Shown here one piece after another: positions 8,963 through 18,261 of a stretch of 64,000 nucleotides of DNA; the first letter of the stretch is position 1; every line of letters starts with the position of its first letter. Source of the DNA: an uncultured delta proteobacterium. Its GTDB lineage: Bacteria > Desulfobacterota > Binatia > Binatales > Binataceae. A program made the translations under genes and the position numbers. The DNA is taken from assembly GCA_963711565.1 (NCBI GenBank), contig CAVQEQ010000004.1:1120001-1184000 (forward strand), written 5' to 3'. The notes beneath the pieces are model-generated. The model ran no database searches. It was given only the letters and a program-made list of their open reading frames with translations, and was not told the DNA's origin.

Positions 8963-9235
8963 ATGAGAAAATCCACAAACCCGGCGGTCACTACGGCGGT
9001 AGCACGCAAGAACTTCTCTGATCTGATAAACCGGGTGGCGTACGGCAAAGACCGCGTCGTTCTGACTCGCCGCAACAAGCCATTGGCGGCAGTGGTGCCA
9101 ATCGAAGATATCGCGCTGATCGAGGAGATAGAGGACCGCGAGGATTTGAAGGCCGCCCAAGCCGCCCTTCGCGAAGTTAAACGGAAAGGCACGATCCCGT
9201 GGGCACGCATTAAGAAGGAGCTGAACCTGCCCTGA
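8963..9235 (+). CDS. Phd/YefM family antitoxin (no adjacent toxin)
   Basis: ARKNFSDLINRV..G.DRVVLTRRNKPLAAVVP; acidic EEIEDREDL; IPW..IKKEL tail. Start could be 8948, 8954 or 8963. Confidence 0.88.
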   Translation: MRKSTNPAVTTAVARKNFSDLINRVAYGKDRVVLTRRNKPLAAVVPIEDIALIEEIEDREDLKAAQAALREVKRKGTIPWARIKKELNLP

Positions 9236-9266
9236 CTTTGCAATGGTATATGCGATCGACTCTGGT

Positions 9267-9526
9267 CCGGTTCCCCCTTTCCGGGCCGGAAAGGGGCCAA
9301 GGGGATAGGACGGTGGCAACTACGCCGGCGTTCCGGTTCCCCCTTTCCGGCTCGGAAAGGGGGCCAGGGGGATAGGACGGTCCGCAACTACGCCGGCGTT
9401 CCGGTTCCCCCTTTCCGGCTCGGAAAGGGGGCCAGGGGGATAGGACGGTGGCAAGCACGGGATTTTTCTGTTCCCCTTCCCCATTCTTTCTGGGGAAGGG
9501 GTTAGGGGTTAGGGCTTTGTTCTTCA
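9267..9526 (+). repeat. Composite REP-like module A: three tandem ~67-bp palindromic units plus a GGGGTTA-containing hairpin unit
   Basis: Units start at 9267, 9333 and 9401 (CCGGTTCCCCCTTTCCGGNNCGGAAAGGGG..GATAGGACGG), then TTCCCCTTCCCCA..TGGGGAAGGGGTTAGGGGTTAGGG. Confidence 0.9.
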
Positions 9527-9592
9527 GGTTATTAACCTGACACTACACTAGAGGCGCGTTACAAAAGCTCTCGCGCAAAGTTCAGGATGATG

Positions 9593-10984
9593 TTACTCCG
9601 GCGGTTCGAGCACGCTCATCACCGTGCCCGTCGTCGCGTCCCCGTCGAGGAACGCGAGCCAGCGTCCCTTGAGCGACCAGCTCATCGTGACGATGCCTTC
9701 GGCCGGACCTTCGGCCAGTAGAAACCCACTGTCGTAGCGGAGCGAGTACGTCACGATCTTTCGCCATGGCACTGGCTTGCTCGGCGCGTAGATTTCCATC
9801 GCGGCTTCGTCAGCGCCCTTCGAAAAGGCCATCGTGCTCTGCGCGAGCATGTCCGGCCACGTATCGAAGCCGAGCGACTTCACATCGACCTCGGTCAGGT
9901 CGGCCTGCGCTATCGCGACCTGCGCGACGACCGGCTCTTCGGGACGCTCGATCGCCCGCGTGAACGAGAGATCCCGATTCCCCAGCGTGAGCGTGTCGCT
10001 GCCGGCCGTAAACGAGGCCGCGCCCGTCGACGCGCCCATCAAATGTTCCGCGCCGGTCGTAATGTTGTACTTGAATACGCCAATCGTGTGGCGCGTCGGG
10101 TCAGGCCCAACGTAGAGAAACGATCCTTCGTCATCATTGTCCCAATCGAGCACGTGGATCGGTTCGCGTACGTGGAACCTGGTGCAGGTCCCGGCGCGCC
10201 GATCGATTATTACCGGCGCGGCGCCCGCGTCGCCCTGTCCGACCGCGTAGACGCCGTGCGCGCTCCAACTGAGCGGCGACATCGGACACGACAACTTCAT
10301 CGGCACGACGGAACCGGCGCCGGTAATGACGACCAACTGCAATCCGTCCGACAGACTTGGCGGCGGCTGGACGTCCGGCTGATCCGGATCGAACTTCGGC
10401 GGTTCTTCAGTGACGCCGGATTCTTCCGGCGGCGCGGGATGCTGCCGCAGCGCCAGCGCGATCGTCGCATCGTTCAGCCAACTCAACGAGATCGAATCGA
10501 AGCGGCCATTGAAGTTCGCGATCGCGTTGCCCGGCCCGGTCGCGATCAGGTCGCGAATGATGAGGTCGACTCGATCGCCGCCCGGCGCGACCATCGCCGT
10601 CGCCAGCGTCAACCCGTTGGGGCTCACCGCCAGGTCGGCGATCGTTCCCTCCTCGGCGGCGGCCGGCCCCGTCTCTGCCGCGAGGATTCGGCCGGTTCGC
10701 CACCCGGCGCCTCCCAGCCCATACATAATCGTATGTCCCGCCTGCGTCCCGACGACGCCGATCTCCTCGCCATTTTGCATCCAGATCGGAGCACGCGTGG
10801 CAATCGGCGCGAACCCGTTCGGCATCGCGACATCGGTCAGCACCTTGATCCCGTTGGTGACCGCAAGCGTCGTCGAACGCGCGAGAAATGGCGGCGGCCC
10901 CGGCTTGGGCGCCTTCGTAGTCGAGCACGACGCAACGCTCACGACGGTGAAGGCGAGAATCAGGATGAGGACAGACCTGGGCAT
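9593..10984 (-). CDS. Hypothetical lipoprotein, probable beta-propeller
   Basis: Signal peptide with VASC lipobox; recurrent WD/TolB-like segments (VSPNG, LSWS, MSWSLKG). Confidence 0.7.
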   Translation of the reverse strand: MPRSVLILILAFTVVSVASCSTTKAPKPGPPPFLARSTTLAVTNGIKVLTDVAMPNGFAPIATRAPIWMQNGEEIGVVGTQAGHTIMYGLGGAGWRTGRILAAETGPAAAEEGTIADLAVSPNGLTLATAMVAPGGDRVDLIIRDLIATGPGNAIANFNGRFDSISLSWLNDATIALALRQHPAPPEESGVTEEPPKFDPDQPDVQPPPSLSDGLQLVVITGAGSVVPMKLSCPMSPLSWSAHGVYAVGQGDAGAAPVIIDRRAGTCTRFHVREPIHVLDWDNDDEGSFLYVGPDPTRHTIGVFKYNITTGAEHLMGASTGAASFTAGSDTLTLGNRDLSFTRAIERPEEPVVAQVAIAQADLTEVDVKSLGFDTWPDMLAQSTMAFSKGADEAAMEIYAPSKPVPWRKIVTYSLRYDSGFLLAEGPAEGIVTMSWSLKGRWLAFLDGDATTGTVMSVLEPPE

Positions 10985-11036
10985 CGAAAAGCGGTAGTCT
11001 ATTTGGACCAATCAAAAAAGGCGACCGATCCAGCGA

Positions 11037-12853
11037 ATGAAGAACCCGTTTATTGAACGTCTGTGGATAAACCGCGAGGTCCGACTCGCAATCATTGTCA
11101 CGATTCTGGGTGTCGTCGGCGTAGTGGCCTGCGCTTATGGCCACTGGAAGGTGGGCATCGCCGTCCTTGGCATCGCCGCCGCGATTGTCGCCGCCTTCTA
11201 TTTTGCCGTCGTCAAGCCCGCGCGAATACCGCGTGATGCCGTCCTGGTAATTCGGCTCGCGGGCCCAATCGAAGAGGACGTAACGCGCTCGCCGCTCGAT
11301 CAAATACTGCGCCGCGGCGCGAATAGTCTCGACCATCTCCGCTACGCGCTGGAGTCGGCGGCAACCGACGACCGCGTCCGTGCGATCGTCGTCGAGATCG
11401 CGGGCTTTGGCGCGGCCTGGCCACCGCGCACGAAGTGCATCGCCTGATGCGCGCCGCGCAGACCGGCGGCAAGCGCGTGATCGCGCTGCTGCGCGGCGAT
11501 GATGCCGGACTGCGCGAATACCTGGTCGCGTCGGGCGCCGGCGAGATCGTCGCCAATCCCGACATGATGCTCACGATGCTCGGTGTGGCGACCGGCGGCG
11601 TCTTTCTCAAGAACGCGCTCGACAAGCTGAAAATCCAGGCGCAGACGCTGCAATGGAAAGAGTACAAGGGCGCCGCCGAGACCCTTGGCCGCGACGCGAT
11701 GTCGCCAGCGGTGCGCGAGAGCATGGAGGCGATCGTCGCGGACTGGGAGAAAATCCTCGTCGAAGCGATCGCGTCGGCCCGCAAACTCTCTCCTGAAAAA
11801 GCGCGCGATCTGATCGCCGCGGGCTTCGTCAGCGCAAAGTTCGCCGTCGAGAATCATCTGATCGACCGCGAAGGCTACATCGAGGACATCCGCGCTGAAT
11901 TCGATCCCGAGTCCAGGCGCAAAGTGTTCGTCAGCCTGGCGCGCTACCGGCGCCACGCAATCTTCACCCGCGAGCGCGGGATACGCGCGCGAATCGCACT
12001 CGTGCACGCCAGCGGCCCGGTAATATCGGGCGACGCGCCGCCGACCGGCGAATACATCAGCGGCGTCGCAACCGCCGCGCAAATCGATCGCGCCTCGCGC
12101 GACGAACAGGTCAAAGCAATCGTGTTCCGCGTCAATTCACCCGGCGGCTCCGCCGTCGGCTCCGACCTGGTGTGGCGCGCCGTGCGCGAGGCGCAGGGCC
12201 GCGGCAAGCCCGTCGTCGTCTCGATGGGCGACGTGGCGGGCTCGGGCGGCTACTACGTCGCGGCCGGCGCCGACGCGATCGTCGCCGAACCCGCGACCAT
12301 CACCGGCTCAATCGGCGTCGTTTACGCGAAGTTCAATCTGGGGAGCCTGCTCACCGAGCTCGGCGTCCATTTCGATTTCGTCAAGAGCGCGCCCATCAGC
12401 GACGCGATGTCGTTTGCGCGCGCGATGACCGACGCCGAGCTCGCGCAGCTCAACGAGACGGTCGGCCATCTCTACTCGGCGTTCACCGCCAAGGTCGCGC
12501 AGGGTCGGCGTCTCAGTCCCGAGCAGGCGGAAGCCGTCGCCAAGGGACGCATCTGGAGCGGTCTCGCCGCGAAGGAGCGCGGCCTCATCGACGAGGTCGG
12601 CGGCCTCTCGACTGCGATCGCAATCGCGCGAGACCGCGCACACATCGCCGCGGATCGCCCCCATCAACTCGTGACCTATCGCGCCGAGCGGCGATGGCTG
12701 GATTTCCGCGGCAGCAGTATGGAAGTCGCGACACCGTGGGCAATTCGCGCCGCATCCGGAGCGCTCGGCATCCCAGCCCGCTGGACACCCGCGATGCTCG
12801 AGCTGCTAATCCGCGGCGGCGTGATGCTCGTCTGCCCGTTCGTCGAGCTGTAG
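11037..12853 (+). pseudogene. sppA: Signal peptide peptidase SppA (long form), split by a one-base frameshift near 11414 (possibly a sequencing error)
   Basis: Segment 1 has TM helices and LAGPIEE..DDRVRAIV. Segment 2 has YKGAAE, RVNSPGGS, SMGDVAGSGGYY, TGSIGV, GRIWSG. One extra G at 11414-11415 restores GFGAGLATAHEVHRL. Confidence 0.85.
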
Positions 12854-12861
12854 TGCCGCCG

Positions 12862-13785
12862 CTACTCGGGCGAGCGTTCCAATTCCTCGCGCAGCGACAG
12901 CATCTTCTGGCGCGCCTCGTTGATGTAGCCGTCGAGGTTGCGGCGATGATTCGCGAACAGCCCATCCGGCGAGCCGTTCAGCACGATTAACGGCTTCATG
13001 ACGGCGGCTTGGCCGAGCGCATTTACCGCATCGTCGAACAGCGTCTTCAACACCGGGTCGTCCTTGAGCTGGCCTTTGTATTCGCGCTCGATCGCTTGCA
13101 TCATGTGATACATCACGTGCGCGTAACCCTGCGAATGGTAGAAATAGTGGTCGCAATCCCAGCTATGCACCGGGCTGCCATCGTCCTTTGTCGTGCGGTA
13201 GAGGTTCGCATGCGCGTCGCCAAGCAGGTCGGTCCACGTCTGGAGCAGGCTGATTAGCTCGACGGCCCGGGTGTTGAGCTCACGCGAGGTCGGCGGCGTG
13301 GTATGCAACCCGGCGACGTACATTCGCAGATGCTCGATGCCGTCTTCGTACTTGCCTTCGGGCGACGGCAGAATCCACTTCAGCGCGTCGTTCCGAAAAT
13401 CAGTGTCGGCGATCACAAGATTTGGATCGTACTGATTCGAGGACACCTTGGTCAGGTGGTCCTTGAAGATGCGCATCGTCTCGCGCACCGCCTGAATTAT
13501 ACCGAGCTGGCGGTCCGCGTTATTGTCGGCGCCGACTTTCGGTCCCCAGATGTAGAGATCGTTGGGACGCCAGCCGAAACCGGTGTGCAGCTCATGGTCC
13601 ATGATTGCGGCCAGCGTCGAGGCGTAGATCTCGCCGGGCACCGTCGGTTTATCAGGCGGGAAGACCTCGTCGATGTTGTAGTCGAGACGATCATGGTGAA
13701 TCTGGCCGAAGTGAAGCGCGAGGTTGCCGCCAATCCAGACGAGCAGGAGGGCCGCCGCCCCTATTAGAAGTCGGTTCCGGGTCAT
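12862..13785 (-). CDS. DUF2333-like exported or membrane-anchored protein
   Basis: N-terminal TM; GWRPND..DN...QLG, PSPEGKY, D.YFY...G, PLIVLNG.....FANHR pattern recalled for DUF2333. Confidence 0.7.
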   Translation of the reverse strand: MTRNRLLIGAAALLLVWIGGNLALHFGQIHHDRLDYNIDEVFPPDKPTVPGEIYASTLAAIMDHELHTGFGWRPNDLYIWGPKVGADNNADRQLGIIQAVRETMRIFKDHLTKVSSNQYDPNLVIADTDFRNDALKWILPSPEGKYEDGIEHLRMYVAGLHTTPPTSRELNTRAVELISLLQTWTDLLGDAHANLYRTTKDDGSPVHSWDCDHYFYHSQGYAHVMYHMMQAIEREYKGQLKDDPVLKTLFDDAVNALGQAAVMKPLIVLNGSPDGLFANHRRNLDGYINEARQKMLSLREELERSPE

Positions 13786-13814
13786 CGCCGGAGGGAACTA
13801 TATCAGGATTGAAG

Positions 13815-14609
13815 CTACGCCGCGCGCAGTGGAACTACTGCGGCAGTTGCGCCTTTGAGTTCATCGCGACTTGTGCCCAACTGCTTAAGTAATGGCAGCA
13901 CGGCGCGCGTGAAGAACAGGCGCGGACTGATCCCGCCGCCGCCAAGGCGAAGGTTCTCCTGATAGTTCGGAATCAGGCCGTCGCCCGGCATCTTGAAATT
14001 CGCGAGCACGTGAGCGAGGTCGGCCAGCGTGCCAACGCGGTCTTCGGCCATCTCGATCGCGATCATTTCCCGGTAGAAGCCGGCGTGAGCAGCCTCGTCG
14101 CGGCTGACCAGGAAGAAGACCGCCTCGAGCGTCGGGTCGTGCTCGAGTTCCGCGCGATCCTTCTGCGCGCGATACGCAAGATAGGTCGCCGATTCCTGCA
14201 GCGCCCCGTAGCAACTCATCTGGCGGCGGGTCGGAAATGGGAACTTCCACGATCGCGAAAATACGTCCGCTTCCAACCTGTCGAATTGCGCCTGTGTCCG
14301 CAGCCCGGAACGGATCAGGTACTCGCGGAACACGAGCCCATGGCGCGATTCTTCGTAGCTCCACGCATTCTGAAACCATGCGAGCCCGAACACGCCGCGC
14401 AACAACTCGTTACCCGCGGCCGTGTAGTCCGGCAGGAACATCTCCTCGGCGCAGTACGTCTCGATCCGAATCGCGCGCGCTTCCGTGTTCGCTACGGACG
14501 AAACTTTGTCCCACGGCACGTCTTCGAAAAGATTCCAGCGGCGCTTGCGTTCCGCAGTCTCAAAGAACTCCATGTACGCGCGGTAATACTTCTCTTTTGG
14601 GGTCATCAA
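13815..14609 (-). CDS. Acyl-ACP desaturase-like ferritin-fold di-iron protein
   Basis: WSYEESRH and DEAAH ExxH pairs, QESAT, FKMPG. Confidence 0.85.
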   Translation of the reverse strand: MMTPKEKYYRAYMEFFETAERKRRWNLFEDVPWDKVSSVANTEARAIRIETYCAEEMFLPDYTAAGNELLRGVFGLAWFQNAWSYEESRHGLVFREYLIRSGLRTQAQFDRLEADVFSRSWKFPFPTRRQMSCYGALQESATYLAYRAQKDRAELEHDPTLEAVFFLVSRDEAAHAGFYREMIAIEMAEDRVGTLADLAHVLANFKMPGDGLIPNYQENLRLGGGGISPRLFFTRAVLPLLKQLGTSRDELKGATAAVVPLRAA

Positions 14610-14717
14610 TCAACAGTCGGAGGAGTCGGACGAAACTATGGGTAGCAGGTTAGCACGCAGCCGATCGATTACCTAACCGAAGGTGTTACCCAGAGAACAA
14701 CTTTCGGCTTATGGTAC

Positions 14718-15989
14718 TCAGAAAATACTTAATAAACGTTTAGTCATCGAGCTGCTCTTGGCAACGTCGGATGGTGCAAGCAATGCGATCGTGGCGACCG
14801 ATTTGCCCTCTGCGGTCACATTTGCCGTGCCGATCTGCTGGCCCGCCTTGACCGGAGCCGCAACCGACGGTGGCAGGTTGTAATCGACTTTGATCCCGTT
14901 GCTCGCGCCTCCACGCTTTACGAATACTCCCGCGTCGCCGCCCCAAATCGGCTTAATGCTGGCAGTATCGGCGTCAGTTAGCGCAACCGATTGCGTGATT
15001 GGCGCGCCTTTCTTCGCCACCTGCTCAATCTCGTAGTTGAGAAATCCCTGCGACAGCATCTCGGACGCTTCCTTGAAATTAGTCAGCTTGTGCTGACTGC
15101 CGAGCACCACCGCGATTAGCCGCAGATCATTGCGTTTTGCAGTGGCGACCACGTTGAACCCCGCCTTGTCGTAGAACCCGGTCTTGAGGCCGTCGCATCC
15201 CGGATACGTCCGCACCAGGTGATTGGTGTTGCGCAGAATGAACGTACCCGCGCGAAACGGCGCAGTGTCGATCGACGACCATCGGATCACGTCGGGATAT
15301 TTCAGCAGCTCGCGCGCAAGAATCGCCTGGTCGTACGCACTCGCAACGTCGGCTTGCTGCCCTTTCGCCGGCGGCAATCCGTGAACCGAGTAGTAGTGCG
15401 AATCTTTCATTCCAATCGCGGCGGCCTGCTGGTTCATCATCACCACGAACGCGTCCGTCGATCCCGCGATATACTCCGCGACCGCCACCGACGCGTCGTT
15501 GGCCGAATGCACGACCACGGCCTTCATCATGTCGTCGAGCGAAAACGTCTCGCCTTCCTTAAGATAGACTTGGGAACCGCCCATCTCCGCCGCCTTGGCC
15601 GACGTTGTTACGTTGTCGGTCAGCTTGAGCGATCCGTCGTGGATTTTCTCGGCGACGATCAGCATCAGCATCATCTTGGCGAGCGAGGCGGTCGGCCACG
15701 GCGCGTGAGCGTTGGGCGACTCGAAGATGACGGTGCCGGTTGTGGGTTCGAGCACGCACGCCTCGGAGTACGCACCCAGCGCGGCATTCGACGCACTGGC
15801 GGCGTTTTCCTCCGACGCGTCGGCCGCAGCAGCCGCGGCATGATGACGCCGCGCCGCAAAGGCGCTGTGCACCGACACCAGCGCGGCGAGCATGATCGTC
15901 ACCGCGACGAAACCAAATTTCCGGCTAGTGACAGTGGCGCGGGCCGCCGTGCCCGCGGGCGATTCGTCGCATCGCGAAATAACCTTCAT
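14718..15989 (-). CDS. D-alanyl-D-alanine carboxypeptidase (peptidase S11)
   Basis: SLAK (SxxK), SAN (SxN), KTG triad, PBP5 C-terminal domain, signal peptide; GGAGGTGG RBS before ATG 15989. Confidence 0.93.
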   Translation of the reverse strand: MKVISRCDESPAGTAARATVTSRKFGFVAVTIMLAALVSVHSAFAARRHHAAAAAADASEENAASASNAALGAYSEACVLEPTTGTVIFESPNAHAPWPTASLAKMMLMLIVAEKIHDGSLKLTDNVTTSAKAAEMGGSQVYLKEGETFSLDDMMKAVVVHSANDASVAVAEYIAGSTDAFVVMMNQQAAAIGMKDSHYYSVHGLPPAKGQQADVASAYDQAILARELLKYPDVIRWSSIDTAPFRAGTFILRNTNHLVRTYPGCDGLKTGFYDKAGFNVVATAKRNDLRLIAVVLGSQHKLTNFKEASEMLSQGFLNYEIEQVAKKGAPITQSVALTDADTASIKPIWGGDAGVFVKRGGASNGIKVDYNLPPSVAAPVKAGQQIGTANVTAEGKSVATIALLAPSDVAKSSSMTKRLLSIF

Positions 15990-16106
15990 CACGTACCACC
16001 TCCACATCACATCAGGACAACTGATCGAACGAGAGAATTCTATCCAACAAGTCTCGCGGCGGCGAGCGGTGTCCCGAATAACATGAAGCGGTCGGCGGTC
16101 AGCAGC

Positions 16107-16208
16107 TGTCATCCTGACAAAGCGAGCAACGGGAGCGGCAGGAAGGATCTCGGACAGCGGCGCGCAAGCGCCGCCGGTTCCGGTTCTGAAGATCGCGCAG
16201 CGCTCCTT
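16107..16208 (+). repeat. Repeat family C, divergent copy
   Basis: TGTCATCCTGAC..GGATCTCGGACAGC..GCCGGTTCCGGTTCTGAAGATCGCGCAGCGCTCCTT; similar to 44569-44669 and 37597-37698. Confidence 0.8.
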
Positions 16209-16215
16209 TACTGAT

Positions 16216-17289
16216 CTAGAACCTGTCCGAAGTCCAGTACACCGATCGCGAATCGGCGAACAGCTCGAACGCATGCGCCGATGCGGCTTCCGGAGCCATC
16301 GCGAACCGCCGCGCAAGCTTCTCCGGCGCCAGAATCCGCCACATGTAGTTGTTGTCAACGTGGTGCGCGACGGGACAGCCCGCGTCGCCCAGCGCCTTTT
16401 CGAGCGCGGGATCGTGCGCCGTGTGCGCGACCAGCACGCTCGGCTCGGCAGGTTTCGACGCGCGATGGAGCAGGGCGGCTCGCCGATGGTCCCCGACACT
16501 CCGAACCGTGACCGGCACGCCGGCCGCCGACTGGCCGAGGAACTTGAACGTCGCGATCATCGCATCAATCCCTGAGGCGCCATCAACGTAGCCGTACTCC
16601 ATCGCCATCGAGACGCCGTACAACCGCGTCACCCGCGCATACGCCGCGATCCGCGCGCCGTCGCGGCACACTACGAAATACTCCTCGGAGCCTTCATCCG
16701 GATGGAGCGGTTGATTGCCGGCGAATTTGAGGCTCCCGCGCCACGCTACGTCGTCGCGAACCGCGGTCACATTAAATCGCCCGCTATAGCCGCGATGTAT
16801 CCCCGCAATCTCGGCAAGGTCGCGCGCACTCTCGAAGCTGTCGATCACGAAACGATCGGCCACGTTGAGCGAAGCGGCAGCCGCCAGGATGCTCTGCTTG
16901 CGCTCGATCTCGCGCCATCCGAACTGGTTGTAGAAAGTTAGCCGGTCCGCGAACAGCAACGACACTTCAAAGCTTTCGCGCACCATCGTCTCGACCGAGA
17001 GCCGCATCAGCGCCGACGCCACCCCCTTATGCCGATACTCGTCGAGCGTGAAGACCGATCCGATTCCGCCCATCGGCACCGATTGCCCGTCAAGATTGAT
17101 GGCGCGATCGAAGATCTGGACCGTCGAAACCAGCCGCCCGCCATCGCGCGCGACGAGGCACAAGGCATCGCGAAAGCCGGGATCGTTCTGATTGTAACGC
17201 GCGAAAAACTCGCCGCGATCGTTGTACCAGTGCCCAAGCAGGGCGATCACCTCGTCCCGCTCACTCTGATGCGCCGCCCGAACTTCCAT
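16216..17289 (-). CDS. GNAT family N-acetyltransferase (Eis-like)
   Basis: GGIGSVFT..YRHKGVASALM acetyl-CoA motif, FYNQFGW. Confidence 0.85.
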   Translation of the reverse strand: MEVRAAHQSERDEVIALLGHWYNDRGEFFARYNQNDPGFRDALCLVARDGGRLVSTVQIFDRAINLDGQSVPMGGIGSVFTLDEYRHKGVASALMRLSVETMVRESFEVSLLFADRLTFYNQFGWREIERKQSILAAAASLNVADRFVIDSFESARDLAEIAGIHRGYSGRFNVTAVRDDVAWRGSLKFAGNQPLHPDEGSEEYFVVCRDGARIAAYARVTRLYGVSMAMEYGYVDGASGIDAMIATFKFLGQSAAGVPVTVRSVGDHRRAALLHRASKPAEPSVLVAHTAHDPALEKALGDAGCPVAHHVDNNYMWRILAPEKLARRFAMAPEAASAHAFELFADSRSVYWTSDRF

Positions 17290-17374
17290 AATTTGGGTTT
17301 TGTAGCTTAGTTCAAGGGTCCACCGCTATAGGACCGGCGCGATCAGCTGAGATCCCGCATGCATTCGAGCCTCT

Positions 17375-17410
17375 GTCATTCTAGAGCGAAGCTGCGTAGC
17401 GAAGAATCCC
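17375..17410 (+). repeat. Short REP-like element at the left edge of the islet
   Basis: TGTCATTCTAGAGCGAAGCTGCGTAGCGAAGAATCC; shares the TGTCATTC..GAATC ends of family C. Confidence 0.55.
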
Positions 17411-17491
17411 GAATATTTCTTCGCGCCTGTCTCCACTATCTGTCACTGTGTTCCATTACTTACTAAATCCCAATATGAAAGATCGACCGAC

Positions 17492-18055
17492 ATGGCAGGT
17501 CCCTATTTTCAAAAGAAAAGCTGGCCGTCCTTTGTCTATCGAGGGACGACGCATGACCTAATCCATCTCAATGAATATGAGCTAGTAGTGGTAGATACGG
17601 GCGGCCACGAGCGCCGGATTGCTGTCACGTTTGGCGACCACTGTTTCACACGCGCTCCCACACCCGGCGATGATCCAGCGCTTGCCTACCGGGACAGCGA
17701 TCGCAGGCCAGGCAATTTCTGTTTCGTGCGCTACGCGTTAACTTTCGGCTTGCGGCAACACATCAACGATGCCGTTGTAGGTAGGGTTTGGAATGTGGAA
17801 GGGGACCATTTCGCGGCGGTGCCTGAAGTTGATTCCTCCGGCAAGCGCGTTTCCTATGGAATCATTTTTAGTCTTGACCGCGTTACTGGTTTACCGGTGC
17901 ATCTGCACATGCGCATCAAAACAGCCTACCCGATTAATCTAAGGCTTGTGACATTTGGCTCCGTACGATTTCTGCATCTGGTTGCTTTGCGGATGAAGGG
18001 CAAAAGACCGCAAAAAGATCACCAGCGCCGTCGGAAGGTCCCAAGAATTCGGTAG
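17492..18055 (+). CDS. YjaZ/HtrC-like protein of unknown function (187 aa), basic C-terminal tail
   Basis: Motif order W.SF...G...DL.HL / VTF..HCFT / FC..RY.L / Y.I.F / LH..TAYP / V.F matches E. coli YjaZ as recalled. Visibly lower GC than the flanks. Confidence 0.75.
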   Translation: MAGPYFQKKSWPSFVYRGTTHDLIHLNEYELVVVDTGGHERRIAVTFGDHCFTRAPTPGDDPALAYRDSDRRPGNFCFVRYALTFGLRQHINDAVVGRVWNVEGDHFAAVPEVDSSGKRVSYGIIFSLDRVTGLPVHLHMRIKTAYPINLRLVTFGSVRFLHLVALRMKGKRPQKDHQRRRKVPRIR

Positions 18056-18064
18056 TGAGAGAGC

Positions 18065-18096
18065 AACAAAAAGAAATAGGCCCTTTCGGGCCTATT
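18065..18096 (-). terminator. Intrinsic terminator of the predicted sRNA
   Basis: Minus strand reads AATAGGCCC-GAAA-GGGCCTATT then TCTTTTTGTT. Confidence 0.85.
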
Positions 18097-18228
18097 CGAT
18101 TCCGCCTACGGCAGGAATCTCTGGGCGAACCTCTTTCCTGTTTCCAGGTATCAATCCCATCCGGGATTGACTTGGTTGTAAAACCAAGCGGGGCTGGCTA
18201 TGCGCACGCCCTTGTATCCAGCGATCTC
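18065..18228 (-). ncRNA. Predicted ~165-nt structured small RNA convergent with the YjaZ-like gene (SroH-like position)
   Basis: Own promoter, five consecutive hairpins (18171-18188, 18151-18170, 18137-18148, 18098-18119, 18075-18096), closing stem 18207-18211/18123-18127, and a U-tailed terminator. Confidence 0.75.
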
Positions 18229-18233
18229 AGCCA

Positions 18234-18261
18234 ATTATATGCTTCTCCCAAGGAGCGTCAA
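18234..18261 (-). promoter_or_regulatory. Near-consensus sigma70 promoter for the predicted sRNA
   Basis: Minus strand TTGACG (18261-18256), 16 nt, TATAAT (18239-18234). Confidence 0.8.

Noticed and set aside
8923-9458. Minus-strand ORFs with repeated LSPWPPFRAGKGE, and similar ORFs at 28372, 37572 and 44429
   Set aside because: These are translations of the palindromic repeats.
9267-9459. CRISPR array
   Set aside because: The linkers between palindromes are nearly identical (GCAACTACGCCGGCGTT), not unique spacers. No cas genes are present, and the unit recurs as a dispersed REP.
11400-11430. Programmed ribosomal frameshift in sppA
   Set aside because: No slippery sequence or stimulatory structure; a missing G is simpler.
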